A stretch of 64,000 nt of DNA from a virus. The notes beneath the pieces are model-generated. The model was not told the origin of the DNA. It saw only the letters and a program-made list of their open reading frames with translations, and did no database searches. The position numbers were made by a program, and so were the translations under genes. Shown one piece after another: positions 37,847 to 47,500 of the stretch (within the stretch, counting starts at the first letter, position 1; every line of letters begins with the position of its first letter). The stretch is taken from the IMG/VR virus record IMGVR_UViG_3300031413_000569. One strand, written 5' to 3'.

Positions 37847-38921
37847 TCTGACCCTCCTTCATGTCGACAGTTTTAGTTTCCAACATCAACGCAGAAGAAG
37901 TAACACCCTCAACAAGTTGGCGTGAACGCAAATAGTCTTTCTGTACACGGAACTCATCATTCAGTCCAGCAGCAACAGCAGACACCATACCCCGAGCTTC
38001 CTCATTCAACACAGTCAACACTTCAGCCAAATGCTGCTCACCTTCCACAATGCTCTCCGCATCATCCAACTCAACCAGCTTCACATAAGTTGAAACAGCC
38101 TGACGAACATCCTCACCACGCCGCAAGAAAGCATGCTGGGACTCAGTAGGCAAATTCAGCTTAGCCAACTTGGCCTGCCAGTTCATGAAACTCTCCATCA
38201 ACAAAGCACACTCACCAGGCAAAGAAACTGTTTCAGACCTTGCTGCAGGTAAAGCTACAGAAGCTTCCTTAGCTTCAACAGTTTTAGCCTCTTCAACAAA
38301 CCAAGAGTTGTTTCCGCCGTAGCTGAACTTCCACAGACGGTCTGGATGTCCATCATCGGAGAACTCCACATCCTTAGAATCCTGACCTTTGTTCACAGCA
38401 CGAACACTATCCAACATCTTCGACACATAACGTGTTGACACAGTGGACAAACCATACCTGGAACTCAGCCACATCTGCAACGCATAATGCTCAAACTTAT
38501 CGAGCTTGCGAAGCAGACCACTGTACGTATCCTTCTCTTTCTGCCGGCCCCGTCGCACAAGAGTCCATAAAGTCACACCCACCGCAATTCCAGCAGCCAC
38601 ACCTCCACCAGAACCAAACAACAGTAAATTATTCATCACCAACTGGACAGGCTCACCCCCAGTTGTCGCTAAATAAACGATAGGAGTGAAAGCACCAGCC
38701 AAGCCCACCGTAGTCCCTGCAGCAGCACCTAAAGTACCACTTTCGTCATCAGCATATGCCAGCTTATACAGTAGCTCCTGCTCTTCAGAGTTCACCAAAG
38801 AAGAGAACAACTCACCCCCAGAACTCATCCTGTTCGTCCACTCAGTTGTACGAACATCAAGAACATTAGTGTCAATAGACTCTGGGTAATCCTTATGATA
38901 AATCACAATATCAGATGACAT
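37836..38921 (-). CDS. Two-TM protein with XpaC-like C-domain (start placed at MSSDI)
   Basis: LQMWLSSRYGL; WKFSY...SWFVEE; ESQHAFLRRGEDVRQ; VQKDYLRSR. Confidence 0.85.
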   Translation of the reverse strand: MSSDIVIYHKDYPESIDTNVLDVRTTEWTNRMSSGGELFSSLVNSEEQELLYKLAYADDESGTLGAAAGTTVGLAGAFTPIVYLATTGGEPVQLVMNNLLLFGSGGGVAAGIAVGVTLWTLVRRGRQKEKDTYSGLLRKLDKFEHYALQMWLSSRYGLSTVSTRYVSKMLDSVRAVNKGQDSKDVEFSDDGHPDRLWKFSYGGNNSWFVEEAKTVEAKEASVALPAARSETVSLPGECALLMESFMNWQAKLAKLNLPTESQHAFLRRGEDVRQAVSTYVKLVELDDAESIVEGEQHLAEVLTVLNEEARGMVSAVAAGLNDEFRVQKDYLRSRQLVEGVTSSALMLETKTVDMKEGQNVI

Positions 38922-40002
38922 TATTACCAACCACATCCTTCTTCTGAACCTCTAAAGCATCCAACACTAAACCAGGCTCCTGACCATAACCCAACTGACG
39001 GGACTTCAAATACGCATGCTGAGCTTGGAACTCATTGTCCAAAGACTCAAACTCCTGCTCCAGCAACACGTTCAGCTCCTCAATCAACAAACTCAAAGAC
39101 TCACCCAACCTCACCGCAGCAATATCAGATTTACCCACAGCAACCATCTTCGAGTACAAACTTAAAGCCTGACGCAAATCCTCCTGCGAACGACGAATAA
39201 CATGCTGAGCTTCAGTAGACAAAGACAACTCAGATAACGACAACTGACGAGACTGGAAACTCTCCAAAAGGACAGCACACTCACCAGGAAGCTTCTCAGC
39301 CTCAACCAGCTGCTCATCCTTCACACCCTTAGAAGCAACAAGGGAAACAGCAGAAGTCTTACCTGCAGTCAAAGCCAACCCAGCTTCCTTTTGAGCAACT
39401 GATTTCAGTTCCTCAACAAACCAGCCGTCTTTAATGGAATCATAAGCAAAATTCCACAACCTCTCCCCACTGTTTGCACTAAGGAATCGAGTCGACTCAC
39501 CACGATACATATTAGTTACCATTTTAGACAGAGTGTAATCCGTAACAGAAGACAAACCATACCTGGTGTCAAGCCAACGCTTCAAACCCTGTTTGTCGTG
39601 CTTGAAAGCTTCATTTAGAACAAACTCACTCTTAGTTTTTTCTTCACGAGTAACCTTACGAAAAATCTTGAAAGAACCAAAACCAGTCACCAAAGACGCT
39701 ACAACATTTGCTCCAAGAAAAGCAAAACTAAAAGCCATTGTTTCAGGTGAGGCAACAGCAAGCATCGGAACAGCTGAACCTGTAAAAATAACAAAACCTG
39801 GTAATAATCCGTATTTAGTCATTCCATAATCAGATTCATTTCTTTTCTTAGCAACAACCCGAGCTTGACCTGGTAACACTGGAACAAACAACTCAGAACC
39901 GGACTCCACAACAGCCTGCCAAGAATCCGCATGCTGTGCAAAAGTGTCAACACTGACACCCACAGGCTTATCCTTCTTATACACCACAATATCAGTAGAC
40001 AT
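38911..40002 (-). CDS. Two-TM protein with XpaC-like C-domain
   Basis: LKRWLDTRYGL; WNFAYD...GWFVEE; EAQHVIRRSQEDLRQ; AQHAYLKSR. Confidence 0.85.
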   Translation of the reverse strand: MSTDIVVYKKDKPVGVSVDTFAQHADSWQAVVESGSELFVPVLPGQARVVAKKRNESDYGMTKYGLLPGFVIFTGSAVPMLAVASPETMAFSFAFLGANVVASLVTGFGSFKIFRKVTREEKTKSEFVLNEAFKHDKQGLKRWLDTRYGLSSVTDYTLSKMVTNMYRGESTRFLSANSGERLWNFAYDSIKDGWFVEELKSVAQKEAGLALTAGKTSAVSLVASKGVKDEQLVEAEKLPGECAVLLESFQSRQLSLSELSLSTEAQHVIRRSQEDLRQALSLYSKMVAVGKSDIAAVRLGESLSLLIEELNVLLEQEFESLDNEFQAQHAYLKSRQLGYGQEPGLVLDALEVQKKDVVGNNVI

Positions 40003-41060
40003 TACTCAACCACATCCTTCTTCGAAACATCAACAGCAGAAACACCAGGAGCCAGAACCAATGCATCTGCAGAAGTCCTCGACCGCAAATACTCACGCTG
40101 AACCCTGAAATCATTCGCCAACACAGAAGACTTAGCAGTTACCAACATCCGAGCCTCATCATTCAACAAACCCAGAACCTCAGACAAAGCCCTACCAGCC
40201 TCAACAACACCATCAGGGTCACCAAGCTTCATCAACTTCTGATACGTGAACAGAGCCTGCTGAGCATCCTGCTGCATGCGAGAAACCTGATGAGAAACCT
40301 GATGAGAAACCTCAACATCAGAACCAACAGTCTTCAACCGGCTCAACCGACCCAGCAAAGAAACCAACAAAGCGTCAACACTCTCAGGCAAAGCAACCTC
40401 AGGGTCAGAAACAACCTCAGGAAGCTCCAGAACGCTCTCTGCTGCCCTCTCACCCGCAACAACAGCTTCCCGCTGCTCCACAAGATAATAAGCCTGCTCA
40501 GTGGCTCCAGCCTCACTTTCAGAAGACTTCAACTGATAAGGTCGACCAGATTCAGCAACAAAAATTTCAGACGGAACTTCATTCACAATGATAGCTTCAG
40601 CCATCAAACGAACATCCTCATCAGAAAAAGACTCACCATAAACATCTTCCAGCCAAACCTCAACCAAGCTGACAGTAACAGTAACCATCTTGCTAACAAC
40701 AACAGCGTTCCTGGAAAATCGGGTCCTATGCCACAAACCCAGAGGTACTGCAGTCACAACAGCAGTACCCAGAAAAGCCAAGAAACTAACCATGGGACTC
40801 CCGCTGTCACCAAGCAAAGCTATTGGAAGTATGCCAAGAAAACCAGGACCAAAGCACAAAGGTGCAGTCAATTCAGCAGCAGTGTTGTCCCGCACACGAG
40901 TCGCCCACGCAGAATCAAAAATAGAAACAAACTTACCAGCAAATCTTGCCCCATCAGACACAGAAGAACGAGGAGCTAAAAACACATCCTCCTTCACAGC
41001 CTTCAACTGAGAACCAAAACTAAGACTCTCAACATCCGTTTTTACAAGATCACTACCCAT
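40002..41060 (-). CDS. Two-TM protein with XpaC-like C-domain (start placed at MGSDL, RBS aggggt)
   Basis: VEVWLEDVYG; RMQQDAQQALFTY; VQREYLRSR; the longer ORF call to 41126 runs into a terminator. Confidence 0.8.
   Translation of the reverse strand: MGSDLVKTDVESLSFGSQLKAVKEDVFLAPRSSVSDGARFAGKFVSIFDSAWATRVRDNTAAELTAPLCFGPGFLGILPIALLGDSGSPMVSFLAFLGTAVVTAVPLGLWHRTRFSRNAVVVSKMVTVTVSLVEVWLEDVYGESFSDEDVRLMAEAIIVNEVPSEIFVAESGRPYQLKSSESEAGATEQAYYLVEQREAVVAGERAAESVLELPEVVSDPEVALPESVDALLVSLLGRLSRLKTVGSDVEVSHQVSHQVSRMQQDAQQALFTYQKLMKLGDPDGVVEAGRALSEVLGLLNDEARMLVTAKSSVLANDFRVQREYLRSRTSADALVLAPGVSAVDVSKKDVVE
40280..40312. repeat. 12-bp tandem repeat, 2.75 copies (VSHQ VSHQ VS)
   Basis: gagaaacctgat gagaaacctgat gagaaacct. 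Confidence 0.9.
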
Positions 41061-41121
41061 GAACAAACCCCTAACAAAATATACTCCCCACACTACCACA
41101 CCACAACCCAGAAAACAACTG

Positions 41122-41175
41122 CACACAACACAAAAAGGGGAGGATGTCAGTTCCGAAAAACCATCACCCTCCCCT
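41122..41175. terminator. Terminator-containing direct repeat, copy 1
   Basis: cacacaacacaaaa-aggggaggatgtcagttccgaaaaaccatcaccctcccct. Confidence 0.8.
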
Positions 41176-41191
41176 CACAAACAACTTTCAG

Positions 41192-41635
41192 CTATTCGCT
41201 TTCTCGTCCATTAGAAGAATCAGTTATCCTCAGAAGAACATAACCATTATATGATTCATCCCAAATCTGGATACTGACAACCCCAACAAAACATCTAGTC
41301 TGCGTTTCACTTAGTGTCTCACACTGATCGGGGGTCAATGCTTTTGCCCTCTCAGTAAGAATGCTAAATGCTTCATCCCCTTCTATTCCAGCCTGGAAAA
41401 ACGACGGAGAAAACACTCCATCCCCATGGTCGTACCGTGCAGTAAGAACTTCACCAGCTTCTGAATAACCCAAATTATCCCGTACATCATTAACACGACT
41501 GTAACGCTGTTCATCCGGCAAAGGCGTAAATTGCTCGACTGCATTAGACCACCCGCAACCACTCAGGGTAAAAGCCCCTACCAGCCCCAAAGTGACCATT
41601 ACAAATGTTTTCTTATGTCCGACTGAACTACTCAC
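41192..41635 (-). CDS. Lipoprotein
   Basis: Signal peptide with LSGC lipobox. Confidence 0.75.
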   Translation of the reverse strand: MSSSVGHKKTFVMVTLGLVGAFTLSGCGWSNAVEQFTPLPDEQRYSRVNDVRDNLGYSEAGEVLTARYDHGDGVFSPSFFQAGIEGDEAFSILTERAKALTPDQCETLSETQTRCFVGVVSIQIWDESYNGYVLLRITDSSNGRESE

Positions 41636-41713
41636 TAAAGCTCCTATTCCTGATTCCCCCGCATAGCCAACGCCACACTCCTCAACGTTATCAGCTCCCT
41701 AACCCAAAACCCC

Positions 41714-41770
41714 CACACAACACAAAAGAAAGGGGAGGATGTCAGTTCCGAAGAACCAACACCCTCCCCT
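41714..41770. terminator. Terminator-containing direct repeat, copy 2
   Basis: cacacaacacaaaagaa-aggggaggatgtcagttccgaagaaccaacaccctcccct. Confidence 0.8.
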
Positions 41771-41787
41771 TCAAGAGAAGCTAAAGA

Positions 41788-42924
41788 CTACTCACCAGCG
41801 TTAGCAGAAGTTGTAGCAGGCACCTCATCATGCGCACCCACAGTCTCAACCTCACCACCAGCAGCCTTCACACGCTTGTTACGCACCACCGAAGAAACCA
41901 GAGCCGCGATAATCAGCACAATACCAATCAAACCAGTCACAATCTCAGGAATCGGAATCGCAATCGACACAATCAACAGACCAGCCAACGCACCAATCGC
42001 CCAGTGAGCACCATGGTCCAAGTACACATACTCATTCAGAGTACCCTTACGGACCAAGAAGATGGTAATGCTACGAACAAACATAGCACCAATCAAACCA
42101 AGACCCAGAGCGATGATAATCGGGTCAGTCGTGATAGCCAAAGCACCAATCACACCATCGAACGAGAACGAAGCATCAATGACCTCAAGGTACAAGAAGC
42201 TGAAGAACGCAGCCTTACCAACAAGCTTAGTAACACCAGCAACACGAGTACGCTCCTCATCCTCCTCCAAACGGTTCTCAAAGTACGAACCCAAAGCGTT
42301 CACAAGAAGGTAAGTAATCATACCAGCAACACCAGAAGTCATCACAGTCACAGCATGGTCGCCAGCCTCAGCAGCAATCACAAGCAAAGCACCAGCAGCC
42401 ACAATCACAGCAGCATAGTCAACCTTGCCAATCTTCGACAAAGGAGCCTCCAACCAACGCAGCCACTTAATGTCACGGTCCTCAAAAATGAAGTCCAAGA
42501 ACAGCATCAGCAAGAAGATACCACCAAAAGCAGCAATCTGAGGATGAGCATCATGCAGAATGTGAGCATAAGTACCAGGCTCATCAATGCTACCACCAGC
42601 AAGAGCAAGGTTCCACGCCTCAACAGGGTTCAAACCAGTAGTCGCACCCACAATCACAAGAGGGAACGCGATACGCATACCGAAGACTGCGATAATGATG
42701 CCCACTGTGAGGAACATCTTTTGCCAAAAATCAGACATCTTTTCGAGGATTCGGGCGTTGACAACAGCGTTATCAAAACTTAAACTCACTTCGAACGCAC
42801 CGAGCAACAGTACGAGCAAAAGAGCCTCCCAGCTACCATAAAGGTAGCCGGCGATGAGTGCCACAATCGACACGATGATGGACCCGGCGAAAATACGCAG
42901 CGGGTGGTGGGCGTTTGAAGCCAT
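41788..42924 (-). CDS. terC: TerC-family (DUF475-type) integral membrane protein
   Basis: EVSLSFDNAVVNA, AVFGMRIAFP, YLEVIDASFSFDGVIGA, YLDHGAHWAIG. Confidence 0.92.
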   Translation of the reverse strand: MASNAHHPLRIFAGSIIVSIVALIAGYLYGSWEALLLVLLLGAFEVSLSFDNAVVNARILEKMSDFWQKMFLTVGIIIAVFGMRIAFPLVIVGATTGLNPVEAWNLALAGGSIDEPGTYAHILHDAHPQIAAFGGIFLLMLFLDFIFEDRDIKWLRWLEAPLSKIGKVDYAAVIVAAGALLVIAAEAGDHAVTVMTSGVAGMITYLLVNALGSYFENRLEEDEERTRVAGVTKLVGKAAFFSFLYLEVIDASFSFDGVIGALAITTDPIIIALGLGLIGAMFVRSITIFLVRKGTLNEYVYLDHGAHWAIGALAGLLIVSIAIPIPEIVTGLIGIVLIIAALVSSVVRNKRVKAAGGEVETVGAHDEVPATTSANAGE

Positions 42925-43033
42925 GTGTAGGGTTTTCCTTTTCTCTAAGAAACGTTATGAGAGTAACTGTAGCGCATCTAAATTATCTGTGCAACTCGCA
43001 ATCGTAGCGGGTGCTTCAACTGCATATGCACTT

Positions 43034-43062
43034 ACTATACTGCATCTGTCTTACCTTGTCAA
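43034..43062 (-). promoter_or_regulatory. Consensus housekeeping-sigma promoter for terC
   Basis: TTGACA-17nt-TATAGT. Confidence 0.75.
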
Positions 43063-43067
43063 ATATC

Positions 43068-44504
43068 TCACGAGTTTAGCTTTCCAAGCCAACTATAAAC
43101 CGCCTGGCGTAGCTCAGATGAATCTTTTTGTTGTAACCAATGAAGCTGAAGCAGATGTGGGTGGGATAAGTTTATAAAGTCCAAAGTAGCGTTTTTTCGA
43201 GCTTCTCGAATACGGACAACAAGATAACCTGCTTCCAATAAAGCTTGAGTCTTTTCAGTGTCTCGCAGTAAAGGAGTTGTTGCATCTTGTTTTCTTTGCC
43301 CAGAATGCCAGTACCAGCCATCGTATTCTATAACTATAGATTTATCTATGTACATGCCCAGAATGTCTACTTTAATTTGTTTCCGGTTCCGCCAGGGTAC
43401 AGAGATAGCTGAATTGTATTCTTGTCTGACTTGGGTGACAACTGAATCTAGAGTAAAAGCTTCGCGGAGTTTGGCTTCAACAGAACTTGTATTACTTTGT
43501 GCACAAATTGGACATCCTCTGGCTTGCCAAGCATCAGTTCTTCCTGCTATCGCCGCTTCCCACTCATGTTTTTTGTCGCACATCCACCAAGCTTTCATCC
43601 CTGATGCACTCATCACATCATTCGGTTCGACCGTACCATTCTTGGTAGGATGCCATTGCTTTGCAATGTCTGGCTTGACGACAGCTAAAGATTTTTCAGC
43701 TAAGACACATCGATTGCAACCATAACCCATCCGACGCATGACTGGTCTCATTTCATAATCTGGATGTCCTGATTTGTCGCACGTCCATAAAACTTTCTTT
43801 TTACTACCAGCAGAAATAACCTCAGGAGAATCAACGTTCTGGTCGCTCCACTGAGACATTAGGTAAGGAAGTACTTCGGCTACAGTCTTACCAACTAAAG
43901 TCCGACCCTTGCAGCTCGGGCAGCCTTTATCGTTTTCTACTCGGTAACTAACTCTTGTTGACCATTCATGCTGGCAAACATCACATTCCCATGTAACAGG
44001 AGTTATCGCTTTTGCATATACCTGCTCAGGTTGTAGACTATTTTTGCTGCTCCACTGAGATACTAAGTGTGGGGCGATTGCAGCAAAAGACTTTTCGAAA
44101 GGAGGGGTCTTGCATAGGGGACATCCAACATTGGACAGTCGGCGGTTTGCAATGGCAGCTAAATATTCTGGGTGTTCGTCTACAGTACATGACCACCAGA
44201 CTCTTACTCGTGATCCAGGTTTGTGGCCATCAGGAGTTGTCTCATTCTGAGAACCCCATTCTGCAGCCAGTTCAGGGTTCGCCGTTGTCAGAATCTTTTT
44301 ACTGCAAGCAGGACAATTAGAGCTACCTGACAAACGATGTGAGATTCGAGAAGACCATTCGTAGGAACATTTAGAACAGGTCCAAAGAAACTTTTGCTGG
44401 CTACCTTTAGTGATTAAACTCATAGGCGAAACATTGTTGCTACTGTATTCATTTGCGATATTGGAATCAATAAAATTCAGGTGAACGAAATTTAATGATT
44501 CCAT
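43068..44504 (-). CDS. Five zinc-ribbon (DUF4379-like) repeats + C-terminal PD-(D/E)xK/Vsr-like nuclease
   Basis: W.C...H/EW...I..R...GCP.C five times; VDIL...IEYDGWYWH; TG-C-TACAAT 6 nt before ATG 44504 suggests a leaderless start. Confidence 0.8.
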   Translation of the reverse strand: MESLNFVHLNFIDSNIANEYSSNNVSPMSLITKGSQQKFLWTCSKCSYEWSSRISHRLSGSSNCPACSKKILTTANPELAAEWGSQNETTPDGHKPGSRVRVWWSCTVDEHPEYLAAIANRRLSNVGCPLCKTPPFEKSFAAIAPHLVSQWSSKNSLQPEQVYAKAITPVTWECDVCQHEWSTRVSYRVENDKGCPSCKGRTLVGKTVAEVLPYLMSQWSDQNVDSPEVISAGSKKKVLWTCDKSGHPDYEMRPVMRRMGYGCNRCVLAEKSLAVVKPDIAKQWHPTKNGTVEPNDVMSASGMKAWWMCDKKHEWEAAIAGRTDAWQARGCPICAQSNTSSVEAKLREAFTLDSVVTQVRQEYNSAISVPWRNRKQIKVDILGMYIDKSIVIEYDGWYWHSGQRKQDATTPLLRDTEKTQALLEAGYLVVRIREARKNATLDFINLSHPHLLQLHWLQQKDSSELRQAVYSWLGKLNS

Positions 44505-44571
44505 ATCGTCATTGTAGCATAAAAAATAGTTTGATTGAGCAGATAGATACTTTATCTTAGTTAGGGACCAA

Positions 44572-47500
44572 ATGAAACATTTTTCACATCTTATGCGTGA
44601 TTTGAAGAACCAATCCAAAAATAGTACAGAGAAAGGAGACCTTTTCGAAAAAATCTCTGCTACTTATTTACTGAAATCTCCTGAATTTCATTTTGACAAC
44701 ATCACTATCGAAAAATTTGAAAAATGGAGCCGGAAGCATGGAGCTTGGTCGGGTCAATACATAGATTTAGGCATAGACCTTGTAATTACTAATTTAGAAA
44801 CTGACGAACATATAGCTATTCAATGTAAATATAGAGACGAAGAATTTCAAAACAATTTACAATATGAAGCAGTCTCTAATTTTATCAATCAAGCTAAAGG
44901 AGATAATGGAGTTAAATTCAAAAGATTAATTCTTATAACAAATTTACAAGATGCTTCCAAAAATCTGCATTCAAGTTTGAATTTGCACAATATTAGTTTT
45001 TATGGAGCTCATTGGTTTAACGAAACAAATCTTTTTCTAAAAACACAATATGGGTTTGTTCCTGAAAAAATTACCGATTTATCTCAACTTTCTGCCAAAC
45101 CAAGTTTGAACAATGTATTTACGGCTAGACCTCATCAACAATCAATTATAAACTCTGTTGAAAAGGCTCTAACTTATGCTGATAAAACTACAATTAATGC
45201 AGCCTGTGGAATTGGTAAAAGTTTTATATCCCTCAAATTGATTGCAAACAGTGCAGATACAAACAGCACTAATATTATCTTTGTACCTACACTCATGTTA
45301 GCTCAGCAGTTTATTCAGTTTATACATACTCAAAAAACATCAAAGCAATCTTTTGAAACGATTGCAGTTTGTTCTGATGAATCGGTAGTAGAGGCAAACC
45401 TATATAATTTAGACTTCAATACATCCGAAATCACAACTTTAATAGCACGAGAAGCGGATGACATTACTCAATTTATCACAAACAACAAGAACAGTAAAAG
45501 CCATAAAATAATTATAGCAACATATCATTCTGCTTACAAAATAAAACAGTCTCAAATTGCAGCTGGTTGGAGAGCGAATTTCGCAATTTTTGATGAGGCT
45601 CATAAAACAACTACGATGAGGGGACAATCTGCCTTATTTATAGACGCGGCTAAACAAATTTTCATGACAGCTACTCCCAGAATAATCAAAACTTCAAAAC
45701 ATAATTCATTCAAAGAATTTTCTTCTATGGACAACACAGATGTGTATGGAAAAATAGATACCACATATTCTTTCCGACAAGCTATCGATGAAGATGTGCT
45801 TACATCTTACAAAATAGAAATCTTGTTAACAGAAGACAAATATGTAGATTACGTGAACAATCCCCAAAAAACATATAATCCAGAGACAAAAAGTGAGATA
45901 CATACACAATTATTGACAATTGGTAAGATTGGGCTGGAACTTCAAAAGGAAAAAAAGATAGGCATTGCCTACTTTAATTCAGTAAAAGCCTCTAAACTTT
46001 TTGTAAAAGTAGCAAATAGTTTAGCCAAAGATAGAGGTTTAATCCACCAAATAGCTTGGCATATAGACGGAAGCATGACCAGCTCTCAACGAAAGCTGGT
46101 CATAGAAGAAGCAAGTCTATCAGGCGGTCTGATTTCAAACGTTTCAGTTCTTACTGAAGGTATCGATTTGCCAGAGTTAGAAGCTGTAATTTTTGCAGAA
46201 GCTCGCTCTTCTCAAATCGATATTGTTCAAGCTATTGGCCGCGTTATGCGTAAGTCAATGTCTAATCCGCAAAAAGTAGGTAGAATCATACTACCTCTTG
46301 CTGCAACTGCAGAAGCAGATGCTACTAAAGCGTTTTTGAATAACAATCAGATGACAGCGATAAAAAATGTGCTGATATCTCTTGTTGAATATGACAATGT
46401 TCTCTACGATGCATTTATCCAAGCTGTATCAGTCGACCGAAAAAATTATAGTAATAGCGATGAAAAATTCAAATATTTGAATAATTTTATCAATATTTTT
46501 GATTTTTTACCTAAAATGACTCAGGCAGAAGTATCTCATTTTTTAGATAGTCTTAAGTTTCAAATTTTAACAATTCCTACCTTGAACTGGTGGCGTAGTT
46601 ATTCAGAATACAAAAATTTTTATCAAAAAAACAACAAAAATCCTATCTATGCAAAGAATAAGAATCTTACACCAAATCAAGAACAAGATAGGCTTGCTTT
46701 GTGGGGTCAGACTCAAAAAGCTCTTTATAACAAAAATACTTTGGATTCACGTAAGGTGGAAGCTCTAGAACAATTACCTTCATGGTATTGGTCTCCATCC
46801 ATATCGATAGAATGGGAAAAAAATTTACAGCTGTTGCATGACTTTATGCAAACAAATTCCTCTTTACCCAGTACTTATGCCAAAAAAAGTGCAGAAGAAA
46901 GAAAGATTGCTAATTGGGTTGCAATACAAAAACGGAAATATAGAAAAAACGCATTGACCTTCGAACAAAGAAAAAAAATAGAGCATGCTCTTGGATTAAG
47001 TGTTGAGTCTCACCCCAGGACAAGAACTCATTGGGAAGAAGTTTATGAAGAACTAACAAATTTCATTCATAAAAATAATAGGTTGCCCTTTGCAACTTCT
47101 ATTGATTTGCATGAAAAAAAATTAGGAGTATGGAGAAATTCCCAAAAGCAAGCTTATATGGGAACTACTGTAAAAGCTTTATCTAACGACCAAAAAGAAA
47201 AATTATCCGCTCTACCCTTGTGGGATTGGGGTAAAAAAAATATCAGTTGGGATGATGCTTTTGAAGAAGTTCAAATTTTCATCGAAAAGAATAAAAGATA
47301 CCCTATACCTTCCAAAACTGAAGAAGCAATGCTAGGGTTGTGGGTCAATAAACAAAAAACTAAGCATCAAAATACCCAAGAGTATTTGAAAGCCAAAAAT
47401 ATAAAACCACTATCAGAGATTCAAAAAACAAAGTTGTCATCTTTACCCAATTGGTATGCTTCAAAAGAAGACAGTTGGCTTGATATGTGTTCCCAACTAG

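Noticed and set aside
41122-41770. IS element or attL/attR
   Set aside because: No transposase or integrase nearby; the repeats are terminator hairpins
40290-42783. Plus-strand ORFs of 229 and 317 aa rich in N/H/Q/T
   Set aside because: Stop-poor by-product of the A/C strand skew opposite real genes
42925-43033. terC leader as a yybP-ykoY (Mn2+) riboswitch
   Set aside because: The expected conserved motifs were not found by eye; a cmscan would settle it
44504-44618. Apparent head-to-head overlap of the zinc-ribbon and helicase genes
   Set aside because: Artefact of the longest-ORF call; ATG 44504 with a leaderless promoter removes the overlap
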